Below are positions 8,428 to 17,668 of a stretch of DNA of 63,841 bases, piece by piece. Each line of letters starts with the position of its first letter. Within the stretch, counting starts at the first letter, position 1. The notes under the pieces are model-generated. The model worked only from the letters and a program-made list of their open reading frames with translations. It had not been told where the DNA came from and did no database searches. The stretch covers positions 1 through 63,841 of the forward strand of contig JBBRUC010000005.1 in the NCBI GenBank assembly GCA_038248205.1. The letters are read 5' to 3'. Made by a program: the position numbers and the translations under genes. The stretch comes from Thermoanaerobaculia bacterium. GTDB taxonomy: Bacteria; Acidobacteriota; Thermoanaerobaculia; Multivoradales; UBA5704.

Positions 8428-10503
8428 CTACCGGCCCACGAGCTCCGCCACCAGGCGATCCGCGCCGTAGACCTTGCGCAGCGCTTCGAGCATGCCGCCG
8501 GAATCGACCGCGACGGTCCGATTCTTCACCGAATCGAACCATAAGCTGCCGCCGATCGAATGGATGTTGCCATCGAAACAGAGGCCCACCAGGTGGCCGT
8601 TCTTGTCCACCACCGGGCTGCCCGAATTGCCTCCCGTGATGTCGGTGGTCGAGACGAAGTTGAGCGTCTTGGTCAAATCCAGTTTCGGTTTGGCGGCGAG
8701 CCAGCTGTCGGGCAGGGCGAACGGATCCTTGCCCGTCACCCGCGGAAAGAGCGCGCCGAAGGTGGCGAACGGACCGACCTCCTTGCCCCCTTCGTCCCAC
8801 CCTTCGACCGCGCCGAAGGTGAGGCGCAGCGTGGCGCTAGCGTCCGGGTAGACGCTCGTCCCTTCGATTAGAAAGCGGGCGCGGGAGATCCGTTCGGTCG
8901 CGCTCGTCTCCTTGGCCTCGACTTCCTTTATGAAGCGATCGAGAACCGTCCGCCCATCCGGCTCGACGAGCCGGGCAAGGCGAATCATCGGATCGTCCGA
9001 CGCATCGATCGCGGCTTTTCCGCCATCCCAAAGCGCCTGGCGAAACGCCGGGGCGGTGAGTTTCGTGCCCGTTACCGCGGCGTGCGCCACCTCATCCGGC
9101 GACCGGTCACCGAGCACCTTCTTGACCAGCGGATCGTCCGGACCGAGCCACTCGCGGAGCTTCTCGAGGCCGAAACCGAGTTCCAGCTCCTCCAGGTCGA
9201 GCGCGATCGGCGCCTTCGACCCGATCTCCAATGCGAGCGACGGCAGTTGCGTCTCGGTGTACTCGCGCAGGCGTTCGGTGTTCGGCACCGCCCTTTCGTC
9301 GGCGGCCCGTACGAGGATTCGGGCGTGGTGGAACAGATCGCCCAAGAACCCCTGGCGCAACTCGACCAGAACGTAGCGCGGGAAGATCGCGCGGTAGACC
9401 CGTTGCGCGTGGGAAATTTCGTCCCAAGCCCCCTCGGCCGCCTTCACCTCCGGGTTGGTAGACGCCGCGACCGCCTTGCGAAACGCCATTTCCTGCTCGG
9501 TTTTCCGCCGGTCGAAATCGGGATCGAGCAACGCCGCGAGCTGACCGCGTCCCACCTTCAAGCCGTTCTCGATCCGCAACAGGTCGGTGAGCATCACGCG
9601 GGCCTGCTCGGGGCCGAGCTTGCCGAACTGGATCAGCCGGCCGCGCAGCTCGGAGGCGAGATAGAGCCGCAGCGGCAGGATCGCCGCCCGCCGGGTTTGG
9701 AGCTGGTCGACCGTCAACTGGCGATTGGTCTTACCGGGGTGGCCCGTCACGAACACCGGCTCGCCGGCCGTAGCCCCCGCGGGATTCCAGGTCAGATGCT
9801 GCTCCGACCGCAGGGGCTTGCCCCCTTCGTAAACCCGCAGGATCGCCATGTCGAGGTCGTAGCGCGGGAAGTTGAAGTTGTCCGGGTCGCCGCCGAAGTT
9901 GGCGATCGAGATCTCGGGCGCGAACACCAGCCGAACGTCCTGGTAGCGCCGATAGGTGTAGAGCCAATTCTGGCCGCCACTGTAGAGATTGACGATTTCG
10001 CAGCGGATGGCCTTGTCGCCCGACGCCTTCTCGCAATCCGCTTCGAGCTTCGTCTTGGCCGCCTGGCGCACCGGGTAGGCCGCCGCGCTGTCGAGCCCTT
10101 GGATCGCCGCGGCGATCTTGTCCGAGACGTTTTCCAGCTGGATCAGGGTGGACACTTCAAACGCCTCGCAGCGGTGCTCCTCCGCCGCGGTCTTCGCATA
10201 GAAGCCGTCGGCGACGAGATCCTTACCGGCCGACGACAGCTCCTGAATGCACGCTTCGACGCAGTGATGATTGGTGAGCACCAGGCCGTCGCCCGACACG
10301 AACGAGCCCGAGCAGCCCCCTTCGAGCCGCAGCGAAGAGAGGCGCAGATGATCCAGCCAGGGATCGGTCACCTTGACGCCGTATTTCGCTTCGATCGCCG
10401 CGCGCGGCACGTTGTCGAACGTCCACATCCCTTCTTCGGCGCGGGCGCCAAGTCCGAGACAGAAAGGCAAGACTGCCAAGCAGAACGGTAGGGGGCGGGG
10501 CAT
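8428..10503 (-). CDS. secreted S46-family dipeptidyl-peptidase (DPP7/DPP11-like)
   Basis: A signal peptide is followed by EGMWTF. The catalytic His is in LVLTNHHC and the catalytic Ser in TGGNSGSPVVDKNGHLVGL. The 691-aa size is typical of S46. Confidence 0.85.
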   Translation of the reverse strand: MPRPLPFCLAVLPFCLGLGARAEEGMWTFDNVPRAAIEAKYGVKVTDPWLDHLRLSSLRLEGGCSGSFVSGDGLVLTNHHCVEACIQELSSAGKDLVADGFYAKTAAEEHRCEAFEVSTLIQLENVSDKIAAAIQGLDSAAAYPVRQAAKTKLEADCEKASGDKAIRCEIVNLYSGGQNWLYTYRRYQDVRLVFAPEISIANFGGDPDNFNFPRYDLDMAILRVYEGGKPLRSEQHLTWNPAGATAGEPVFVTGHPGKTNRQLTVDQLQTRRAAILPLRLYLASELRGRLIQFGKLGPEQARVMLTDLLRIENGLKVGRGQLAALLDPDFDRRKTEQEMAFRKAVAASTNPEVKAAEGAWDEISHAQRVYRAIFPRYVLVELRQGFLGDLFHHARILVRAADERAVPNTERLREYTETQLPSLALEIGSKAPIALDLEELELGFGLEKLREWLGPDDPLVKKVLGDRSPDEVAHAAVTGTKLTAPAFRQALWDGGKAAIDASDDPMIRLARLVEPDGRTVLDRFIKEVEAKETSATERISRARFLIEGTSVYPDASATLRLTFGAVEGWDEGGKEVGPFATFGALFPRVTGKDPFALPDSWLAAKPKLDLTKTLNFVSTTDITGGNSGSPVVDKNGHLVGLCFDGNIHSIGGSLWFDSVKNRTVAVDSGGMLEALRKVYGADRLVAELVGR

Positions 10504-10546
10504 GAATCATCCTCCGTGGATCTAAGGGGTCGGTAAGAAATTTCGG

Positions 10547-11050
10547 TCAACGAGCCAGCCGTTCGAGGTCGGCCAGGCGCGGCCAGCGCACGGCCATCCC
10601 GAGGACGGCCGCGGCGATCAGCACCAGGGCGTAGCGAACCGAACCGGTCAGCGGAACCATGGCGACGCCGAGCCAGGCGACCATTTCGAGCAGAGCGAAA
10701 TCGAGCCAGATCGCCCGCCGGTAGGCCGCGATCAGCTCGGGCGCCGCGGCCGGGGAGAACCGCGCCTGGCGCCGCGCCGCGTTGAGCAGGGTGCCGCGCA
10801 GCCGCGAGGCGGCAAGGATCAGAATCATCGCCAGGAACGGCAGCGCCGTGCCCGCCAAGCGAAACGCCTCGGGCGGTTCGGTCGTCCCGGCGCGAGGAAA
10901 GGCGAACAGCGCCGCGCCGGTCGCGAGGGCGCTTCCGGCGAGCGCGCCGAACGCCAGGCGTTCCAGGCCGGCCACCGCGCGCCGCTCGGCCGCCGAGTGC
11001 CCGGCCGCCTCCTCGGAGCCCGGAAGACCGCGAATCTCGCCTTTGCTCAC
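10547..11050 (-). CDS. small integral membrane protein, unknown function
   Basis: The ORF is trimmed to a GTG at 11050 so that it does not overlap hyuA. It has about four hydrophobic segments and no recognisable family. Confidence 0.4.
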   Translation of the reverse strand: MSKGEIRGLPGSEEAAGHSAAERRAVAGLERLAFGALAGSALATGAALFAFPRAGTTEPPEAFRLAGTALPFLAMILILAASRLRGTLLNAARRQARFSPAAAPELIAAYRRAIWLDFALLEMVAWLGVAMVPLTGSVRYALVLIAAAVLGMAVRWPRLADLERLAR

Positions 11051-11057
11051 GGCCGAA

Positions 11058-13391
11058 TCATAGTGGCAAACCAACAAGCTCTTCTTCGGGAACCTTTTCG
11101 AGCACGAGCGCCAGCGCCTGATCCAAACGCCCCCGCCACCCCGATTCGACCACGGTCGCCGAAAGCTCTTCGACGACCAGGCACGGCCCCATAAATCGAT
11201 CACCGGGCGCCAGCGCGCTCCGCTCGAAGACTTCCACCTCGCGCCAGGCACCGCCAAACCGAGCCCGGCGAGATCCGGAAGGCCGCGCCTCGACCGCCCG
11301 CGCCGGCCTCACCCCAGGCTCCGGCTCCGCGCGACCGCCGGCCGAAACGACCACCCGGAGCGCCTCGACTTCGAGCTTGCGCCCTTCGGGGACGTACCCG
11401 TAGAGGTCCCGATAGGCGGCGAGGAATCGCGTTCGCAGCTCGGCCCCCAGCCCGCGACCAACCTCCCGCGGCTCGATCGACAGCGAAGTCTCCTGCCCGG
11501 CGAAGCGCAGCTGCACGATGCGGCGGCGGATTTGCATTTCGCCGCCGTCCGTCCCGTCTTCTGTCCCGTCCGTCCGATACTCCGCCACGATCGCCGCGCG
11601 CGCCTGGCCGGCCAACCGGTCCAGGCGGTCGGCCAGCTCGCCCTCGATCTCGTCGAGCGGCCGGAGCACCTGCTCCACCGCGAAGCGCTCGACCGCCGCG
11701 ATGCCCAGCCCCCGGGCCGAAAGAAGGCTTGCGTCCTCCGGCACCAACACGGTTGAAATGCCGAGCAGGTCGGCTACCGCGCAGGCGTGTTGGGCTCCCG
11801 CCCCGCCAAAGGCGACGAGAGCGTATTCGGCGGGATCGTAGCCGCGGCCGATCGAGATCCGCCGGATCGCGTCGGCCATCCGTTCGTTGGCGATCTCTAA
11901 AAATCCTTCGAGCAGCGGCTCCGGTTCCGAATCCAGCCCCCGCGCGATCTCGTCGATCCGCCGCCCGGCCGCCTCGGGATCGATCGGGATGCCGAAGCGC
12001 TCCGGGGAGAGTCGCCCCAGCAACAGGTTGACGTCGGTGATCGTGAGCGGACCGCCCGCGCCGTAGGCCGCCGGCCCGGGGGACGCCCCGGCGCTCTCCG
12101 GCCCTACCGACAGCTGGCGATCGACCCGCGAACAGATCGAGCCGCCCCCCGCCGCCACGGTTTCGACCCCGAGCGCCGGAGCGACCAGATGGGCGTCGCC
12201 CACGCGGTGCTCGAAGCGCAGCTCGAAATCGCCGTCATAGCGCGCCACGTCGGTCGAGGTTCCTCCCATGTCGAACGACAGGACGCGCGGAAATCCGGAT
12301 CGACGCCCCGCGGCCGCCGCGCCGAGCACGCCCCCCGCGGGGCCGGAAAGCAGCCCATCCTTGGCCCGGTATCCCTCGGCGCGGGCGAGCCCTCCGGCGC
12401 TCGTCATGACCCACAGGGAATCTCCCTTCCCGCCATTGCCAAGCGCCCCCGCCACCCGCTCCAGATAGCCGGAAAAGATCGGCGCAAGGTACGCCTCGAC
12501 CACCGTGGTCGCCGCCCGCGCGACGAAGCCGATTTCCGGCGCCAGCTCGGACGAGACCGCGACGCGCGAAAATCCCGCCGCGCGAAGGATCGCCGCCAGC
12601 TGCCGCTCGTGGCGCGAATCGCGGTAGGCATGAAGCAGAGCGATCGCGGCGGAGGTCGCCCCCCGGGAAACCGCCTCGCGGGCCGCCCTCCCTGCGGCCT
12701 CGGCGTCGAGCGGCTTGAGCACCGCGCCGTCCGCCGCGAGCCGCTCCGCCACCTCGACCACCCGCGCATAGAGCGGCGCGGGTTTTTCGATCGCCAGCGC
12801 GAACAGGTCCGGCCGCGCCTGGGTACCGATCGCGAGCAGGTCGGCGAACCCCGCGGTGACGAAGAAGGCGACCGGCGCGCCTTTGCGTTCGAGCAGCGCG
12901 TTGGTGCCGCGGGTGGTCGCCAGCCGCATCGCGAGCGGCGGCAGGGGCCGATCGGGAGGGGTGCCGGTGGCGATCCGCGCCGCCAGGACCGGCGCCTCTT
13001 CCGGACCGACCAACTCGCAGGCGGCCCCCGCTGCGAGCGCGGCGATCTCCGGGATCGAGTCGAGATCCTCGGCGAGATCGAGCCGCAGCGCCGCGGGATC
13101 CCAATCGAGCGCGAGGATTCCCCCGGGCCTCCCCTCGGCCAGCCTGTCGGAATGCGCCCGCAGCACCGGTCGAAACAGGAAGCCGCGGAAGAACCCGGCC
13201 GGCAGGGCGGGGAGCCCTTCGATCGTCACGCTCCGGCGCCCGGGCGGCGCGGCGATTCGGCCGCGCAGCGCGCTCGACGACAGCACTTTCAACCGGCGGA
13301 TCTCGCCCGAGGGAGAGACCGCGATGCAGTCCGTGAAGGTGCCGCCGGTGTCTACCTGCAGTTGCCAGAGCTGCGTTTCGGCCCGGGTCAT
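11058..13391 (-). CDS. hydantoinase A / 5-oxoprolinase A-type subunit
   Basis: The true start is MTRAETQLWQLQVDTGGTFTDCIAV (ATG at 13391, ATGA overlap with the upstream gene). It has the DxGGTFTD and FDMGGTSTDV ASKHA-fold motifs. The longer 1094-aa ORF is an artefact. Confidence 0.85.
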   Translation of the reverse strand: MTRAETQLWQLQVDTGGTFTDCIAVSPSGEIRRLKVLSSSALRGRIAAPPGRRSVTIEGLPALPAGFFRGFLFRPVLRAHSDRLAEGRPGGILALDWDPAALRLDLAEDLDSIPEIAALAAGAACELVGPEEAPVLAARIATGTPPDRPLPPLAMRLATTRGTNALLERKGAPVAFFVTAGFADLLAIGTQARPDLFALAIEKPAPLYARVVEVAERLAADGAVLKPLDAEAAGRAAREAVSRGATSAAIALLHAYRDSRHERQLAAILRAAGFSRVAVSSELAPEIGFVARAATTVVEAYLAPIFSGYLERVAGALGNGGKGDSLWVMTSAGGLARAEGYRAKDGLLSGPAGGVLGAAAAGRRSGFPRVLSFDMGGTSTDVARYDGDFELRFEHRVGDAHLVAPALGVETVAAGGGSICSRVDRQLSVGPESAGASPGPAAYGAGGPLTITDVNLLLGRLSPERFGIPIDPEAAGRRIDEIARGLDSEPEPLLEGFLEIANERMADAIRRISIGRGYDPAEYALVAFGGAGAQHACAVADLLGISTVLVPEDASLLSARGLGIAAVERFAVEQVLRPLDEIEGELADRLDRLAGQARAAIVAEYRTDGTEDGTDGGEMQIRRRIVQLRFAGQETSLSIEPREVGRGLGAELRTRFLAAYRDLYGYVPEGRKLEVEALRVVVSAGGRAEPEPGVRPARAVEARPSGSRRARFGGAWREVEVFERSALAPGDRFMGPCLVVEELSATVVESGWRGRLDQALALVLEKVPEEELVGLPL

Positions 13392-14527
13392 CGGCCTCCG
13401 CTCGGCGCCGCCCGCGCGCTCAGCCGCCGGTCGAGTTTTACCACCCGGGCGTTTTCGGGCTCGATCGCGCGCGCCTTCTGAAGCCATTTGCGCGCCTCGG
13501 CCCAATTGCCTCTCTCGACAGCCCACATTCCCATCGCCGCATACGGCTCGGCGTTCTCGCGGTAGAGGCCGAGCGCCCGGCGGTAGAAACGCCGCGCCTC
13601 GTCGAGCCGGCCCCGGCCGAGCGCGAGATCGCCCAAGCTCAGGAAGCTGTAGGGGTTCTTGGTTCCCTGGTGCTCCGCGATGCGCAGCAGCTCCTCGGCT
13701 TCGTCCGCCTCGCCGCGCTGGCGGAGCAGCGAGGCCAGGTTCTGATAGGCCGACGAGGCCTGCGGGTCCGCTTCGAGCGCCGAGCGGTACTGCGCCTCGG
13801 CCCCCGCCGAGTCGCCGTGCCGCCGCAGCGCCACGCCCAGATTGACCCGCGCTCCGGCGATGTCCGGCGCGAGAGCGACCGACGTGCGCAGCAGCTCGAT
13901 CGCCTGTTCGAGATCGCCCGCGCGCAGGCTCTCCGCCCCCAGGTTCGAGTAATAGAGGCCGACGGCGGACAGGTCGTCGAGCGCCCGCGCGTCGCGATAG
14001 GTGGCAACCGGCGCAACGGTGAAATCGAGCACTCGGATCTGGCCGCCGGTATCGAACGCCGCGCTGACGTGATTCGAGATCACGACGAGATCGCCGTCGC
14101 GCTGGAACCGCTCGATGTCGTCGACCGCGAGGTAGTAGGTCGGAATCTCGATCGATCGCGCGAGTCCGACCAAGAGGCTGGTAAAGCCGAGGCAGTTGGC
14201 CTGCCGCTCCGCGAAGACCACCGGTGCCGTGGTCGTCCGTCCCCCGACGTAGGACGGTTTCAAATCGAGCAGCACCGCATCGAACAGCCGGTTGAGCCGA
14301 GCTTCGAGCGGCAACCCCTCCGGCGCCGCCGCGACGGCCCAAGCCTTCATCTCGGGAGTGACGTCAAACGGGATCACCACCCGCTCGGGATCGAGCCCCC
14401 GATCCCGAATGGAGCGCACCAGGTCGGCCCGATCGAAAACCCCGGAGGAGGCGCAACCCGATACAGCCAGCACCGAAACCAGAAACACCCAAGCCCGCGG
14501 GCTGAGCGAAGTCGAAGCCCCCCTCAT
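13388..14527 (-). CDS. lipoprotein with transglutaminase-like Cys-protease core and C-terminal TPR repeats
   Basis: There is a lipobox (LAVSGCAS). A Cys in RQANCLGFTSLL and a His in ISNHVSAAFD match the transglutaminase-like core. At least four TPR units follow (AxxNLGxxxxxxG pattern). Confidence 0.7.
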   Translation of the reverse strand: MRGASTSLSPRAWVFLVSVLAVSGCASSGVFDRADLVRSIRDRGLDPERVVIPFDVTPEMKAWAVAAAPEGLPLEARLNRLFDAVLLDLKPSYVGGRTTTAPVVFAERQANCLGFTSLLVGLARSIEIPTYYLAVDDIERFQRDGDLVVISNHVSAAFDTGGQIRVLDFTVAPVATYRDARALDDLSAVGLYYSNLGAESLRAGDLEQAIELLRTSVALAPDIAGARVNLGVALRRHGDSAGAEAQYRSALEADPQASSAYQNLASLLRQRGEADEAEELLRIAEHQGTKNPYSFLSLGDLALGRGRLDEARRFYRRALGLYRENAEPYAAMGMWAVERGNWAEARKWLQKARAIEPENARVVKLDRRLSARAAPSGGR

Positions 14528-14547
14528 CGCGCGGCCCTTCGACCCCC

Positions 14548-15129
14548 TCAGGCTCGAACGGTCGCCCGCCGGAACAGCAGCCGCCGCGAAACGAACGTCA
14601 ACAACGCGACGATCGCGACCACGGCAACGACCGGCAAAACGATCGCGACCACCGAGAGGAGCGCCGAACCTCCCGCTTCGACGGTGGCGACGACCGGGTT
14701 TCCGAGCCCCCCGGTGGTCATCGTCGACAACCCGCGCGCGGTGGCGGTCACCCCCTGGAAGACCGCGGCGGTCCCCCCGCCGGCGACCAGGGCGAGCGAC
14801 CAGCGCAAGAACGGATCCATCCCCTGGGTGAGGGCACCGGCGGTCAAAATCACCCCGGCCACCACCGCGGTGGGCGTCGCCACCGCATCCAGCAGATGAT
14901 CCACCCAGGGGATGTAGTAGCCGGCGATCTCCAAGGCGGTCGCGGCCGCGAAGGCGATCAACGCCGGGGTCGAGCCGATCCAGTCGAGACCCGACCAGAT
15001 CTGGAGATGGCCGCTCCGCGCCGCGAGGCTGGCGATCAGCATCGGAACGAAGACACGAAACCCACAGGCGGCAGAGAGTCCGAGACCGATCAAGACGCTG
15101 AGCAAGGTTTCCATGGCGAGAGAATACAC
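14548..15129 (-). CDS. DUF4126-like integral membrane protein
   Basis: GLGLSAACGFRVFVPMLIASLAAR and EIAGYYIPWVDHLLDAV resemble the DUF4126 signature. The protein is polytopic and hydrophobic. Confidence 0.55.
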   Translation of the reverse strand: MYSLAMETLLSVLIGLGLSAACGFRVFVPMLIASLAARSGHLQIWSGLDWIGSTPALIAFAAATALEIAGYYIPWVDHLLDAVATPTAVVAGVILTAGALTQGMDPFLRWSLALVAGGGTAAVFQGVTATARGLSTMTTGGLGNPVVATVEAGGSALLSVVAIVLPVVAVVAIVALLTFVSRRLLFRRATVRA

Positions 15130-15200
15130 CTCCTAGGATTCACACTACGATCCCGGGGCCGGGCAGGTTTCCGCGCTGCGGCAAAGGAGGGTGGCTGAAC

Positions 15201-17612
15201 CTACTCCCAAGCCGCCACGCCCGCCCGCTCGGGTACCCACACCAGAGTCAACAACCGGACGTCGACGTCGGACTTCTTCGGTTTGACCGGCACGGCCGCA
15301 AGCTCTTCGGTCGCCGGGTCGAACCGCTGAGCGAGCGCCGCCACCTCCGCTTCGAGCTGCGCCGAGACGTCGTGCAGCTTCGCCTGCAGTTGCTCCAGGC
15401 TCTCGTCCGCCGCGTCCACGTCTTTGCCTTCCTTATAGACCCGGCTCGCGCTCTTGGCCGCAGTGGTCATCTTGGCAACCGAGAGCTTGCGCCCGCCGAA
15501 GAGTGCGCCGAGGAGCGTCCCGCCGACCGACAATCCCGCCTGGAGCCACTGGCCGCGCGACTGCGACGCCTCCCGCTCGCGCTTTTCGATGGCGCGGCGG
15601 ATCTGATCCTCGATCCGCGCGAGCTGCGTGCCGTACTTCTGGTTCAAGTTCGCCTTCTCGGCATCCCGCCGTTCGCGCGCCAAATCGCCCAGACGAATGC
15701 GAAAGTCGCGCTCGCTCTCTCCCGCTTTCGAGGTCTCCCCCAGCACGCTCTGCCAAAGATCGACTTTTCGGGTACGGAACAGGCAGTCGGCAAGATCCTT
15801 CTCCCACGCGGCGTAGCTCTTCGCCTTGGCGGCCTCTCCCGGCAGGTTCGCGAAGGTCGCCCCGGTGACCGGCTCGTGCTCCAGCTCATCGGCCCCCACT
15901 TCGATGTCTTTGCCCTCGTACCAATCGACCCAAGGGGCCTGGGCCGCGAACGGCGTGAGCAGGCGTACCTCGTCGGTCGATTCGACGCCGCTCTTCTTGT
16001 CCGAGTAATGGATCTGCGCCAGGCCGAAGAGCGCCGGGCGGTAGGCGATCCCGTCCGGCTTGCCGCGCACCGGCAGGAACGCCACCGGCACGCCATCCGG
16101 CAGAACCGGAGCGATCGAGGCCACGGCCGGCAAACCCGCCCCCGGATGAGCGACCGAGGGTTTGCCTCCGTCGGCACCGGCCGCGGCCTCTTCGGCCTGC
16201 TTCAGCGGGTCCATCAGGCGTTTGATCTCCTGCCGGGTGAGGGGGCCGCGCAGGTACGACATCGCCCAGCGGGTTTCGAACACCTCCGGCGCCCCCTGAT
16301 GCACGTCGTGGAGAAGAAAGTTCCGCTTCTCCAACCCGGAAAGCAGCGCGTCGAAATGGCCGCGATCGAAACCCGCCCCGACCGCCCCTTCGAGCCCGTC
16401 CAGGATGCGCTGCTTGTCCTGCTCGGTCTGCATCCGACCCAGGAACCAGGTGCCGATGTTGGCGAGCCCTCGATAGTCGAGGTCGACCGGGTTCTGGGTC
16501 GCGAGCACCACCCCGACGCCGAACGCCCGCGCCTGTTTGAGCAGGGTGAGCAGCGGTTTTTTCGAAGGCGGCGCCGCCACCGGCGGGAAGAACCCGAAGA
16601 TCTCGTCCATGTAGATCAGGGCGCGGAGCGAGGAGGTGCCGGGCCGCGAACGCATCCAGGCCACGGTCTGCGACAGCAGCAGGGCGACGAACGACATCCG
16701 CTCCGCATCGCCGAGGTGGGCGATCGAGAGGATCGCCACCCGCGGCTTGCCGGCCTCGGTGTAGAGCAGCCGGCCGACGTCGAGCGGATCGCCTTCCCGC
16801 CAGGCGGAAAAGCCCGGAGCGGCGAGCAGGTTGTTGACCGCCATCGCCAGCTCGAAGCGATCTTTGCCGGGGTAGAACGACTCGATCTCCAAGGCCCCGA
16901 TCCGGCCGAACGGCGGCTTCTGGATCTGCGGCACCAGCCCCGCGATATCGATTCCCTTCCCCTCCCGCCAGGTCCGGTCGAGGATCGTCGAGATCAAAAT
17001 GTGCTCGCGGCTCTTGACCGGATCGGCCTCGATTCCCAGCAGCCCGAGCAGGCTCCCCACCAGGGTGCCGATGTGATCGCGGAAAAGCTCGTCGTCTTCT
17101 AGGACCTCCGGGGGAGGCGCGGCAAACGTCGAAAGCATCGAGACCGGCCAGCCGGCGGAACTCCCCGGCGTATAGATCCGAAAATCGGCCGCCTGCTTGA
17201 GCCGGGCGATCCGCTCCCCGTCCTCGCCCCATTTCGCGAGGCCGTTCTTCCAAGTCTCCGCCTCTTTGGCCGCGAGCTGCTCGACCGTAATCCCCTCGCG
17301 CGTCGCCCGATCGGGATCGACCCAGGGGGCGAAGTCCGCCGGAGCCAGATCGGGGAACGTCAACATCAGGTTCGCGAGATCGCCTTTGGGATCGATCACC
17401 AAAGCCGGAACGCCGTCGAGCGCCGCCTCTTCGAGCAAAGAGATGCAGAGCCCGGTCTTGCCCGACCCGGTCATCCCGACGCAGAGAGCGTGGGTCAGCA
17501 GATCCTGCGAGTCATACAGCAGCGGCTCCGCGCTCGGCCGCCCCGCCGCATCCCGCCGACGCCCCAAGTAAAACGCCCCCAACTTCTCATACGTCGCGGC
17601 ATCCATCGGCAT
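15201..17612 (-). CDS. HerA/FtsK-like P-loop ATPase (DUF87/DUF853-type)
   Basis: Walker A is CVGMTGSGKTGLC and Walker B is ALIYMDEIFGFFP. The 803-aa protein has a coiled-coil C-terminal third. Confidence 0.7.
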   Translation of the reverse strand: MPMDAATYEKLGAFYLGRRRDAAGRPSAEPLLYDSQDLLTHALCVGMTGSGKTGLCISLLEEAALDGVPALVIDPKGDLANLMLTFPDLAPADFAPWVDPDRATREGITVEQLAAKEAETWKNGLAKWGEDGERIARLKQAADFRIYTPGSSAGWPVSMLSTFAAPPPEVLEDDELFRDHIGTLVGSLLGLLGIEADPVKSREHILISTILDRTWREGKGIDIAGLVPQIQKPPFGRIGALEIESFYPGKDRFELAMAVNNLLAAPGFSAWREGDPLDVGRLLYTEAGKPRVAILSIAHLGDAERMSFVALLLSQTVAWMRSRPGTSSLRALIYMDEIFGFFPPVAAPPSKKPLLTLLKQARAFGVGVVLATQNPVDLDYRGLANIGTWFLGRMQTEQDKQRILDGLEGAVGAGFDRGHFDALLSGLEKRNFLLHDVHQGAPEVFETRWAMSYLRGPLTRQEIKRLMDPLKQAEEAAAGADGGKPSVAHPGAGLPAVASIAPVLPDGVPVAFLPVRGKPDGIAYRPALFGLAQIHYSDKKSGVESTDEVRLLTPFAAQAPWVDWYEGKDIEVGADELEHEPVTGATFANLPGEAAKAKSYAAWEKDLADCLFRTRKVDLWQSVLGETSKAGESERDFRIRLGDLARERRDAEKANLNQKYGTQLARIEDQIRRAIEKREREASQSRGQWLQAGLSVGGTLLGALFGGRKLSVAKMTTAAKSASRVYKEGKDVDAADESLEQLQAKLHDVSAQLEAEVAALAQRFDPATEELAAVPVKPKKSDVDVRLLTLVWVPERAGVAAWE

Positions 17613-17668
17613 GGTGAAGCTCCTCCCCCGGGTGTTTGAGCGGGGGAGATCCTATCGCGGCGGGTGTC

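Noticed and set aside
11058-14342. A 1094-aa ORF suggesting a TPR-hydantoinase fusion protein.
   Set aside because: The first ~316 codons are an Arg/Ala/Gly-rich out-of-frame shadow of the real TPR lipoprotein gene (13388-14527). The canonical HyuA N-terminus starts at the internal ATG 13391, which overlaps the upstream stop as ATGA.
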